A stretch of 64,000 bases of DNA from Lingula anatina (lineage: Eukaryota; Animalia; Brachiopoda), in contig CM120646.1 of assembly GCA_051362555.1 (NCBI GenBank), positions 7,626,001 to 7,690,000 on the forward strand, given 5' to 3'. A program made the position numbers and the translations under genes. The notes under the pieces are model-generated. The model worked only from the letters and a program-made list of their open reading frames with translations. It was not told the origin of the DNA and did not search any database. Positions 36,457-49,544 of the stretch are shown in pieces; within the stretch, counting starts at the first letter, position 1; every line of letters begins with the position of its first letter.

Positions 36457-39400
36457 TACACACACACACACACGGAAGAAAAAGCAGTTACCTGTATATA
36501 AAGAGGTGAAGGCATGAACAGCATTTCCTGTTTTTTATCAGTTGACTCCGGTCAGCCGTCCATAGATATGAACGTTCTACACGATTCATCTGGTTTGGTG
36601 GAAATCCGTTGCTATGCAAAACTTGGCAAGCCTCCGAAAGCCATTGAGTTACTTCCAGATACCACAGGAATCAACAATTCTACGTTCGACAGTTGCTGCA
36701 GATATGGTGAAAGAAAAGTAAACGTAACGCTGAAGGCCGAAGATGATGGGAAAACTTTTAAATGCCGAGTGGAAAATAGATCGGATTCCGTAACATTTAG
36801 TAATTATCTTATAATTTTAACACTTACGCCTTATACAATTTCGTGACAGACGAGACTAGATTGCAAACTGTGCCTCTTAATTTTACCTCTCTCTCTCTTA
36901 TTTTATTTTAGTTATCATTATTATTATTATTATTATTATTTTTGTATATTAACATTGCAATTTCTCTTTAGTTGCAGCAAAAACTCCTCGAATAAGTCTG
37001 ATCATCAAGAGTGGTAACATAACACATACTTCAGGTGTTATCCGTATGGCGGAGCGATCTTCTATTGTACTAAATTGTTCATCGGAAGGGCATCCGCGGC
37101 CTTTTTACACATGGAGATTCGTGTCGACTGCGTCCAGCAGGGAAAAAACTGAAATGGGGAGTTCCTTGGAGCTAAAGCATAGTCCCAGTGGAGGTAATGG
37201 AACCTGGATATGTCAAGCATATAATTCAGCTGTTGTTCACCGTCCGACAGCCTCCATAAGGATTGAAATGTTACCTGTACACCGGTCGTCAGAAATGGGT
37301 ATGTACAGCAATGGAGCAGGTAGATGAGTATTTTAGCATCTTCATAACCAGTTATGCGTGAATTATGAAGAAGAAAAATGCACGTATAAACCTATTATTG
37401 AAGAAAAAGCAGCAGTTTAATATTTATTTCAATATATTTAAGGTGTAATATCAGATATCCGTTATCGCTATTATCCTGATATATGTATGAATATTTTTAT
37501 GACGGCAGATTATGTTTTCCTACATTCGTTATAAAAATTTCCGTACTGACTTTTATGTTTGCAAGTAAAGTCTTCTTTTTGAGATTTTTTTACCAGTTTT
37601 ATATTGTAAATATTCATAAAATGAAAAATAGTTGGGTCATGTTGAACATAAGTTTATACTTGGTTTCAGTAAAGTTTATTATTACTTTTATTATTATCGT
37701 TATTATTATTCACTATTTACAGTCACCTACGTTCTGTCTATACCGGTTATATTGATAGCAGGCAGCGTATTAACTGTTGTCGGCGGCATTGTCATCTTCA
37801 TCATCCGTACGAGGGTCAGAAGCACTCACTGTAAAAAGTCTACAACGGGCGAAGAGAGTACGTCTACTTTTATAGAATAAGGGGACATTCTAGATTATTT
37901 ATTTATTTATTTATTTTCTGAACTATCGTTAGATTAAACTGTTCGATAATTTAAATCAAGATTACCGGAATGTGATATTTTTAGGAAAAGTGTGGATCAT
38001 GTCTTTGTATAAGTGAAGCATGTGATAAAGACCGGATTTTAAGTATTTGTTTTTATCTATATGCTCAATTGAGTAGTGTTTCCAAATTAACTGGGTTAGA
38101 CTTTGATTTTAGTGTCGTTGAACCCAATGACCAGTATACATGGACCTGACCAAGAGATAAACAACATCCAAATGTAGGTTATAATGGGCTTTTGTTGATA
38201 TATTTACAAAATTTTATCAAATTGATACTGTAAATTTCCCCAACAGTAAAACTTATTAGTATTTCCGTTTATAGCATTATTTCACCAGCTCTGTTGTCGA
38301 AGATTTTTGTCATGAAAGAAAAAAGAAAAAAAGAAAGAAAGAAAACAAAAACAATATTACATGGTAATGTATGTTTTTTATAATCCAGGTGTTTATCTTT
38401 TCACAGTGAAGATGAAGGAGAGGCTGAAAATTACCTAACTCCTGTACCCAGGAGACCCATCCTCGGCGCTTCGGATACCCCTGTAGAGCAAGGCGTTGAT
38501 AGGCGAGACCCGCCATGCCGACAAGTTTCCATTATGGAAGAGATTGGGAGCGGGCACTTCAGTACAGTTCACAGAGCAAACTTGACAACAACCACCGGCC
38601 AAGTTGTCCTCGTGGCAGCAAAACTATGCAGAGGTTCGTGCTTTGTATCTTTGTTTACATGCAGTAGAACAGGCAATTGCATATAATAAAAACATTGTCA
38701 GTGTAACGTAACTGACATGTTAAATGTGATATTGTGCATTCTGCGTGTTTCAAGTTACCGCAGTGCTTGTTTCTGGATGTAGAGACAATTGGCAAACAGT
38801 TCTGAAGAACTCTGCAAGGCAGATAGAGGAGAAAACATCAAGTAATTTAAGTATACAGCTACTTTAGTTATATTTTCTTTTCATCAAATTGGTGGTGCAT
38901 ATGAAAAAAGGGAATTTGAACGAGAAGCCGAAATTATGAAGACAGTCGCCAAACACCCAAACGTCGTGGAATATCTGGGCTTTGCAGAATCGTCGGGTAC
39001 AGTAGTAATTCTGATAATAATATTTATGGATGAGGTATTATGGGCATTTGTCTATTGTAAAAACTAATTCTATGCTTATGACCCACCTTTTATAGTAAGA
39101 TCCTCCTTTGTTTGTAATGGAGTTGGTGGGTGGTCGTAGGGCGGGTCACAAGAATAATACCTTACTTGGCCTGATTCCTTCGGCAAATTTTATACAAAAG
39201 GTGACAAGGGCAATGTTATGATGCAGTACATTTACATTTTCATTCGTTGTGAGGGGAAAAGGGCTACTCTAAGTTTTTAAAGAGGAAGCCCCTATACATG
39301 CACGCATGTGTCTTTGTAGCCTATAGTTTCCTAAAGAGATGGGGGGGGGGGGGGCATTTACCTAGTACTTTCTGATACAAAAATGCACCGTCCCATCCAA

Positions 39401-41857
39401 GTCGGCTTACCATCATTATATGATATCAGATATTGTGATACATGTAAGACATCTTGATCATTTAGGTACATCAGTTCTCCTCCTTGAATTCGCCACTGAT
39501 GGTGATCTGCTCCATTTACTGCGGAACAGTCGTGATGTCGGCTGCTCATTACATCCGGGCAGTACAAAGCTGTCACTAACAGATCTAATTTCGTTTTCCC
39601 TTCAAGTTGCAAAAGGAATGGAACATATATCTCAGCTAAACGTAAGCATATTAACTCTTTAAAAAAGTTTTTTATGATAAACATTTGAGTGACACACGTA
39701 TTTCACTAAATATGGGCCCAGTATTGCTATACAGCGTCAAACAGTTTAAGGGTTTGAAAATTAAGTGTTTTAGGCTCAAGAAAATAAGTAAATACTGACA
39801 TTTTTAGAATGCACATACTGTCCACCTTCAGTAGCATGAATACTATTATTAATTGTTTTACCCTTTACAGAAAATCTGTGATATTGCAAATTTTCACCTT
39901 TTCAGAAACTAATATTTCTTTGCAAATAAGGCAATCAAATAACAGATTTCACGGCAACAAAAATGTCACTTGGAAGGTCTCCTTTAATTTACAGATAGCG
40001 ACATTTTACTGGCATATCTTTAGTGTAAATAACTTTTTATTTGCCAAAGAAGAGTACATCTCGTTGCGATTAGCAATAATGTAGAGTGTATTTTATTTGT
40101 TATTTTTGTTCTGTCACTGTAGTTGCTGCACCGAGATCTTGCTGCACGGAACGTCCTCATGTTTGACAACAGGGTGTGTAAGATATCTGACTTTGGACTG
40201 GCTAGGAATATAGCAGAGAGCAGACAGTATGAGAGGCAGACCTCTGTACGTAGAATAAAATTTCGCTCTACCCCTGATTAACTTAATTTAGGCATATATT
40301 GTCTTTTTAGCCGATACCAGTTCAACAAGAATACAGCAATGCTTGCAGTGCAATCTCTTAAACTTAATCTTTTTCTACACTGTTACCGAATTCAGCCAAT
40401 ATTTATCACCGGATGGTAATTTTAATATTACACAAATAACTGTTTTCTGTGGAAATGCAAAATAATGTATTTCTTTTTCATCTGATAGCGTATTGGGTTT
40501 AAATCGATTTCGCTCAAAATGCAGTATTTGTCGAGCTGTCAAAAATGCAAACCACTAAAACATATACGTCGACCATATATGAAAAAGGTCTAGGTTACGA
40601 TGCGTTCTGGTTTCTTGCCCCCACCCCAACTATGTCCGCCAATGCATTTCTAATTTTAGGGTCCACTTCCTGTCAGATGGATGGCCCCTGAGTCTCTTGC
40701 GGACAACATATACACTACTAGAAGCGATGTTTGGTCCTATGGTGTTTTGATGTGGGAGATTTTCACACTTGGTATGACATTGGATGAAAAAAATAGAATC
40801 ATTTCTTTGAAAAGACCAAGTACTACATAGATTTTGGGGTCTTGGCTCCAAAGTACATATTATGAAGGAACGGGTTTACTACAAGGGTTCTTTCTCTATT
40901 TTAGATATTTTAAATATATGTAAAAAAACAAGAAAACACTAGAGAGAAGGAATCCTTTGAACAATCTTAAAATCAGATTTCACATAATGTTTTTATGCAA
41001 GTACCAACGCCAACACGTGTTATTTACCATACTCGAAAAATGTACTGATATAAATATCCCTGAAATAATTTTAAACTCCACCACCAAATATATTTATATG
41101 ATACATTACACACGCATCAATTTGGTTTCATTTTGGATTTCCAGGAAGAGCCCCCTATGCTGGCTATAGCGGTGCACAGACTTTGGAGTTTGTTATAGCT
41201 GGCCGTACCTCTCAATACTTACGTAGACCAAGCTGCTGCAGTCCTGATATGTAAGTATAGTCTGCTTTATATATTCATTATTTTTTGTCATCTCCTTTGC
41301 TCATAAGTATTACTAATTTTGGTGTTTATCATTATAAACAATGGCCTCGACTCTGACACTCACACCCACCATCAGTTTTATGCCAAACAAGTAGGAAAAA
41401 ACAAAAGGCTGGGTGTAAGCTATCTGAAAACAATCACTTGGGAGTTGGAGCGGGGTATACTCTATATCTATACGTGATTTTGAAAGGCATCATAACTAAC
41501 TTAACTTCAGATGTCGGTACTTCTGGTCTAGTCAGAATATATAAAGAGCTCAGCTGTATGTGTCAAATCAACAGTAAAATGGGTACAGTCAAAGTGTTTG
41601 CTTGCTCGAGAGCGTGCTGCGTTCTTACCAGTTTGTTCAAAATTGATTTTAAAAGTTCAAGTGGTGCACATTGTAGCTGACATAAATATTCATAAATATT
41701 TACACGGCTATTTTGTTGTAATTCACTATTGTTTTCTTTCATATTTAGATACAGAGTGATGCAGCGCTGTTGGGCTGTGGAACCAGGAGCACGACCGAAT
41801 TTTCGGGCGCTAGCGAAAACTATATTCGCCATTTCCATCAGTACAAGTCACGTTTGA
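34048..41857 (+). CDS. Receptor tyrosine kinase with three Ig-like domains, copy 1 (~720-730 aa)
   Basis: Exons 34048-34153 (signal), 35811-36137 (Ig1), 36542-36799 (Ig2), 36972-37298 (Ig3), 37723-37857 (TM), 38113-38173, 38407-38633 (GSGHFS, VAAK), 38892(or 38868)-38996, 39466-39641, 40123-40245 ([11 protein letters not shown]), 40660-40771 ([15 protein letters not shown]), 41145-41250, 41749-41857 (CW...RPNF, ends TSHV*). Phases are consistent; the exon 8 acceptor is abnormal. Confidence 0.88.
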
Positions 41858-43899
41858 CTGCTAATCAGAGTAAAGCCTACGGGCTCTTACGAGCTGTTTG
41901 CGTCCAAATTTTGCGCAGAATCTCACGTCCCACGCAAGTCCTTCTTACGCAATTTCGAGTTCGCAGAACGCCTATAAGCACTTTTCAATGCACTTCAATA
42001 CAGTTTTATTTAGAAAACGTTCATCAAAAAGATTTTCAAGGATAAATCGGAAACTCGTCATATTCACATACATGTATGTACATGTACTTTCAAATTATCT
42101 ATACAGGATTCTGTGGGAGCTTAAGTGTGATAATTTTTTGAAACTTCAAGGAAATCAGTACTGATAGAATAAATTCTGATTTATTTTGTCCTGGTGAAAC
42201 CTTATTTTGCCTGGACTATAACACATAATTAAAAAACGGAGGATGACTAGTACAGCATGCAACAAACTATACGTTCTGTACCTTAAATATACTGAGTTGA
42301 CATTTGACATTCATTAACCAGCTTATAGAAACATGTATAATACTGATTAATTTTATACCGATGTATATAAAACTCTGTTTACTAGCACAACCAATCAAAG
42401 AGCAAAGTAACGCCTGAGTTACAACCGCCCTTACGGGCTGTTCGAGACAGAGAGCCATTGTGTACATGTATCACTTATTTTTTTTTTAAGTTCAAGGCTG
42501 TAAAAATGCAGTTAATAGACTAAAAATATCAAAATTTATTTTATAAATAACATTAGTTATAATTATAAAAAATGTATGTGACTGCAGAAATATGTATATT
42601 TTAGTACTTAAAACGTTTGCTTAAAAGCTATACCTGTACTACATTTTACCAGCTTTGTGTCCTTGTTTGTTATGTATATGTGTCACAAGTTTTCAACTGG
42701 TTGAATCCTTACTAAGAGAAGCCATTGCGGTGTGAATCGCAATATGTACATTCAGGCTATATGTGGCAGTTTAATGACAAACGAGACCTCCACAATATAC
42801 TTCAAAGGAGTTATCCTTCGTCTATGTCTCATCAAAAACACACAGTAACAGCGACTAGAACATTGTCTGCAAATAGTGAGGCAGTGAAAGCTGCAAGGTG
42901 TCATTGTTTTTCAGTATTAAGAATGACAGAATCTGTTTTTTTTTTTTTTATTCATTTTTAATTGGAGGGAGACTCACTTTGATCTTTCTATTTCATTCAG
43001 CTTAAAGTTGGTGGCAGTATAGGCTAAATCTGTCATGTCTGTATGTAGAATATCCCTTGCTCAAATGTCTACATTTATTGAGTGAATTATGAAGTTTCCT
43101 GACTGATTAATGAGGTTACTTGTAGAAATATCTTGCCTACACACAATTTATGATATTTTTTTACTACTTTATACATATGATTATTCACATCTCATCAGTG
43201 GTGTGTGAAAGGTACTTGGTATTTGCATTTTAGAACTGTAGATCTGTGTACCAGCAGGGTTATACTGCAGTAATAGCTGTGGAATTTTCTAAAATAAACT
43301 TGATGTTTATTAATTAATTGGTTTGAAAAAAATTAACAACCCAAATAAAATTAATTCATTTAATATTTCATTTAATCTGTTTTTATATTTTTCTTTTAAC
43401 TAAGCATTTAATCGTAACAGCTCCCGTCATTATACTGTTATTGTGTAATACTGTTGAAAGGTTCCAATTTTTTTTATTAACAGGATGGTGCATATGTATT
43501 AAAAATAAATATAAGCATTACGGCATATTTTCTTACTGAAATATATCAAATGCATCACCGGTATTATAATGGTAGAGATACAGGTAAAGATGACAGCATT
43601 GATAATTGGGTTTACAGCACTGTTACTGCAGCATGGTTAGTGTCAGATTGGTATCTGTTAATGCCACTGGACATTCCTCTCGATTTCTGACCAAATCTAA
43701 TAAAGCCTCAGTTGCTTAACTTTTGCCACATTTCCAATATCTACAGGTTGTAGGCTACGTGTTGTTTAATGCTTGGGGTCTCTTCTCTGTCGGCCGTTAA
43801 TCGGGGACACCTGTGCAGCTTTGCTAGTGCCACATTTTCCATTGCCGTTTACATCAAATTTGTGAATAGAATGAGGAATAATGACAGTAACCTTATGGG

Positions 43900-44145
43900 C
43901 TGTCCTGCCCCGCCTCCACAGGCGACACCTTGCGGAGCAAACCTGCGTAAGCCAGGGTGCAACTGAAAATAATCTTGTCGCGCGACCCTATTGGCGTCCC
44001 TTCTTCTCATGTAGACCCTGCAACTCGTAAGACACACTTGCCCCTTTCCATTTCAAACTTTCCTCTACCTTTACGAACTCTGCACCCTAAATTCGCAGGG
44101 GCCGTACGATCCTAAAATTCGTGCGTCCGGTTGTGACCGAGGCTT
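43900..44145. mobile_element. Older Harbinger-like MITE end, shared by both complete RTK units
   Basis: Ends gtgcgtccggttgtgaccgaggcttta, similar to the 32513 element end; also at ~55670-55893; related sequence follows each RTK stop codon (~41872, ~53494). Confidence 0.5.
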
Positions 44146-44357
44146 TATACATGCAGTATTTATACGTGCATGTGTTTTATTATTTATCGACGAAGTGAAA
44201 ACTATAACCGTTCCGATTGGTAAAAGCCCCAGCACTGAGGATATGGTATGTGAGCTTCCACATTATACATGCACATACGTAAATCAGGAAGCTAGGTGAG
44301 GGGTGGAGGGTATTTCATGAGCGAGCGATGCACTCTCCATTTGGTGCTACAGTATAA

Positions 44358-44793
44358 CACCCAATTTCCATAGATTAGATCGACCTACTTAAGATTGACC
44401 TAACTCCCTGGGGGTTCACGCTAAATAGCTGTCAGCCGGGCGAACACGAAAGTTAATTACCCCCTTACAGCTTGTAGTAGGCGGGACGGACATTTAAGTC
44501 GGATTATCTGAAAGTAATCTAGTGAGACTCCCCGCGGGGATAGATCGATCTAAAATATATGGGAATAGAGCCTTACACCCCATTTCCATAGATTAGATCG
44601 ACCTACTTTAGATCGACCTAACTCCCTGGGGGTTCACGCTAAATAGCTGTCAGCCGGGCGGACACGAAAGTTAATTACCCCCTTACAGCTTGTAGTAGGC
44701 AACACGGACATTTAAGTCGGATTATCTGAAAGTAATCTAGTGAGACTCCCCGCAGGGATAGATCGATCTAAAATCTATGGGAATAGAGCCTTA
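44358..44793. mobile_element. Head-to-tail dimer of a 218-bp MITE-like unit
   Basis: 44358-44575 and 44576-44793 are near identical; each has inverted ends (atttccatagattagatcga / tcgatctaaaatctatgggaat); absent from the paralogous site at ~56400. Confidence 0.8.
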
Positions 44794-45515
44794 GATACGT
44801 GTACTGTCTAAGGCACAGATGTATTGGTTTTTCGTCAAAGCATAATGCACATAATTTTACCCCGATAACAAAATAGAGAGTCGAGAAAGGTCTATAGGTC
44901 TATAAGTTAAAAAAGAAAATAACAGTACACTATTATTTGTTGAATTACAGCCAGCTCACGTAACCAAGTGAAAGGGAAACAAGGCTGTTTTTTTTCCAGG
45001 CCAGAAATAAACACATTGGTAAGGGTTTCAAGGGGCGGGTCCAGTTTTATTACAAGGGGGGTCGAAAACGACACACCTCGGATGCGATGTCGACCATCAC
45101 CCCCATGGTGTGGGGTTTGAGGCCTGCTCAACGGCCCCGACAAAAAATGTGTTTTGGAAAGCAAATAGTGCCCTTTGGTACGAACTATGATTTAGCTAGT
45201 CAAAATTCTAGTTTCAAGAGGGGAATATTGGTGTGATATATTTTTCAGAAACCAAATTTTCAGGACCCCCCTGTCCCCCCTCTAAATCTGCCAGTGGTTT
45301 CAATTTGCAGATAGGTCTGAAAATTTGATGGAGATACCCTTTGAGCCCACATGGGATCACGTGTGGAAATACCCACCCAGAAAAGGAAGCGATAAAATTA
45401 TACACCCCGAAACGAAAGACGACATTTTTATAGAAACATTGATGTATTTTGTGTCGGTACTCCGGTACGCTAATATTAATGAAGAGACTGTACATTATAA
45501 AGGGAAGCAGCTCAA

Positions 45516-48008
45516 ATGAAGAATCTACATGTAAAACGTCGACCAAAACATATGCGCAGTGGAGGGCGCGAATCCACGTTATTGGCTGTGGCATTGATAT
45601 TCATGAGAGTTGAAGGTACGAGTATTGCTATCTTTATCGTACTTATTTTTGACCATATGTTGACTCTAGTGGGGCTAAGAAAAATTTTGAATGTCAAATC
45701 TGTTGTTAAGTTAGACGACATAAGTAAGCATACATATGCGGCACATGTTGTAGTTACTTAATTTGGTCACTATTGACCTACCAAGTATGTCAGGTCTATT
45801 TTTAGAACCCGTATATTTACCAGTAGGCCTACATGTAACTGAAGGGGAATTCCCTTTTTTATAATCTGCGTAAATTTACAGGCAGTAGGGGTTACACAAA
45901 CTCCACATTTTAAAGTAAAAAAATGTAAGTTGCTCTTGACCCCCCCCTCCTTAGTGAATATATATCATACCGGTATGTCAACCACTTAATCCTGTCTGGA
46001 AACGCAAACACGACGGACGTGCTGGTCCAAAATCACTTCCACTGGGTCTAAGTCAGTTGAGTGTGGTTGTAGAAGATTCTGATCACATTAACCCCCATTA
46101 ATATGTGTCTTGATATAAAGTGATCAGCACTGCTATTAAAAGAGGTGCGTGTAAGGTGAGTGATATGCTTCGGATAGCCAAAGACATAGAAAATAATGAA
46201 ATAATGGTTAAGGAGGGGGTGGCAGTTGGCGCGCTGCCTTCACGTACATGCCCCGATTATGCATATTCAGACATGCTTAAGTCCCCTTTACACTGAGCGG
46301 CGTTCTTTCTGCGTCCCGTAGCATGGCCCCGTTTAAGAGTTAAACAAATGGTTATTCACTTTCCGACAACTGGCCAATTTTTGCGAATTCATTCTGCAAA
46401 CAAAGCGATGCTTTTGCCTCCTTTCTACGATCACAGCGTTTCCAATTTTATGGTCGCACAAAGCAATTTCGGAATACGGCAGGGGGTGTCAGGGGGGGTC
46501 CTGAACCCCCTCAGGTTTCTGAAATAGAAATTTCACCAATATTCCAGTTTTGAAATAAGAATTTTGTCTAGCTAAACCATAGTTCTAAACAGCAGCAAAT
46601 AATACCGTCCACTTTCTAAAAAAATTCGGGGCCCCGCCTTGAACCCTAAGCCAAAGGGGGAGAGCATCGGCTTCACATCCGAAGCCTGTCATTCCTAACG
46701 GACCCCTCCCCCCGGCAAAGGACGCAAAAAGGAAGGCAGCCAGTGCAAAGGGGGTTTAAGTGATGTCAGGTGAGTATACTATTGTCACCAATTACAACAA
46801 CCCCATGGTGACTGACGTCCTGAAAAGCTATCTGTTAGAAAAGTATGCAGTTAATGTCACGCTCTCAATGACAATTCCGGTTTCAGTTTCAATTCTTTTT
46901 AAAACAATTTATAAACACTTTATTTTTCTAAGAATATTGTTAGAATAAAAAAACTAAATCGCAGTTTCATTTTCATTTTAAGTAAACCTTTATTTATTTA
47001 TTTATTTATTTATTTACTTTTCGTTGAATTTCATACAGATACACGTATTTCCAAGCAAAAACTTTTATGACATATTATATTATCATTGCTTTTTCAGATG
47101 TATATTTCTCGTAAACATTTCCAAAATATTTGGACTGTTATGGGGCTTTGAAGTTTAAAAATAATTACAAACTTAAAGTGCTGGGGGAAAAAGACACTGT
47201 ATTCGTTGACAAGAAAGGAAATTCAAAAATATACGGTTCAATTAAATATGACAAATATATTCCACATTTGAAATCCAATGCTGGTCTCGATTTCATATGT
47301 TCCCTCTTTTTCAAACACAACCCCCAAAACAGGGATTTCTGTGTTGTTTGAAACCCCGTATTAAGGAGTAAAATTTTGCTGTCTTTTGTTATCTAATTAG
47401 GTGCATCACCCGGCCGAGTGCCGGTCGGGGGGACGTTTACCTTTGTATGTCCCACCATGAGCCATTGTGAGGGAGTATCGACGCTCCTTGGAGTGACTTT
47501 CTACAGGGCAGGACTATTCCTAGTGAACACTGATGCCACAAATTATACAAAGTACAATGATAGTATATCAGTCGAATACAAGAACAAACTGTCCACTGAG
47601 TACAGGCATCCTAACAATGTGTTGTACATACGGAATATAAGCTGTTCGGATCAGGAGAGTTATCAGTGCTACGTATATTGCAGAGGAAAAGATTTTCATA
47701 TTTTTACTGAAGATTTGGAGGTTATAGGTAAGTAAGGAGAAAATGTCTATGTGGTTAACGAGCGGCGCCTCTCTTTTAAACTATGTTGTCAAACAGAATC
47801 CCTTTTTCTCAGAATTAAAGGATAGGTCGTACTCGTTAACGAGCTTATTAATTTTGCCTGACTTCATTGAAGTATTTCTTCGATTAGTAAGTGGACAACG
47901 TACTATTTGGGATGTATAAGGTTGGCATAATGTTGTCCGATTACAACCAAACACAAAAATAAAGAAAGAAAAGAAATACAGTTAATTATACCGCTATGCC
48001 CTTATCCA

Positions 48009-48067
<59 letters not shown>

Positions 48068-48483
48068 ATCACACACGGAAGAAAAGCAGTTACATGTATA
48101 TAAAGAGGTGAAGGTATGAACACCATTTCCTGTTTTTTATCAGTTGACCCCGGTCCACCGTCCATAAATATGAACGTTCTACACCATTCGACTGGTTTGG
48201 TGGAAATCCGTTGCTATGCAAAACTTGGCAAGCCCCGAAAAGCCATTGAATTACTTCCAGATATCACAGGGAGCGACAATTCGTTCGACAGTTGCAGCGG
48301 AAATGGTGAAAGAAAAGTAAACGTTACGCTGAAGGCAGAAGATGATGGGAAAACTTTTAAATGCCGAGTGGAAAATAGATCGGATTCCGTAACATTTAGT
48401 AATTATCTTATAATTTTAACAATTACGCTTCATATAATTTCGGGACAGCCGAGACTAGATTGCAAACTGTTGTCTCTTAATTT

Positions 48484-48525
<42 letters not shown>

Positions 48526-49500
48526 TTTATTTTAGTTATTATTATTATTATTATTATTATTATTTTATTTATTTTTTTGTACATTAACATTGCAATTTCT
48601 CTTTAGTTGCAGCAAAAACTCCTCGAATAAGTCTGATCATCAGGAGTGGTAACATAACACATTCTTCAGGTGTTATCCTTATGGCGGAGCGATCTTCTAT
48701 TGTACTAAATTGTTCATCGGAAGGGCATCCGCGGCCTTTTTACACATGGAGATTCGTGTCGACTGCGTCCAGCAGGGAAAAAACTGAAATGGGGAGTTCC
48801 TTGGAGCTAAAGCATAGTCCCAGTGGAGGTAATGGCACCTGGATATGTCAAGCATATAATTCAGCCGTCGTTCACCGACCAACAGCCTCCATAAGGATTG
48901 AAATGTTACCTGTACACCGGTCGCCAGAAATGGGTAGGTACTTGTACAGTAATGTAGATGAGTATTTTAGCAGCCAGTTATCCGTGTAGTGTGAAGAAGA
49001 AAAATACACGTATAAAACTATTATCGAAGAAAAAGCAGCAGTTTTATATTTACAGTATGTCAATATATTTAAAGATGTAATATCAAATATCGCTATTATC
49101 CTCATATATGTACGGATATTTTCATTACGGTAGGTTATGTATTCCTACTTTCGTAATAAAATTTCCCATACCGACTTTTATGTTTGCACGTTGTCTTTTT
49201 TTTAGATTTTTTTACCAGTTTTATATTGTAAAGTATTCATAAAATGATGAATAATTGGGTCATGTTGAACATAAGTTTATTATTTCTATTATAATTATTG
49301 TTGTTATTATTATTCATCGTTTACAGTCACCGCCTTTCTGCCTACGTCGGTTATACTGATAATAGTATGCAGCGTATTCGCTAGTGTCGGCGGCATTGTC
49401 ATCTTCATAATCCGTGCGTGGGTTAGACGCACAAACTATTACGAATCTACAGCGCATGAAGAGGGTTCGTCTATTTTTTAAGAATAAGGAGGCATTCAAG

Positions 49501-49544
<44 letters not shown>

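Noticed and set aside
39809-42961. Short ORFs conserved between the two units (e.g. MHILSTF, MRCESQY)
   Set aside because: Intron or 3' flank sequence conserved only because the duplication is recent.
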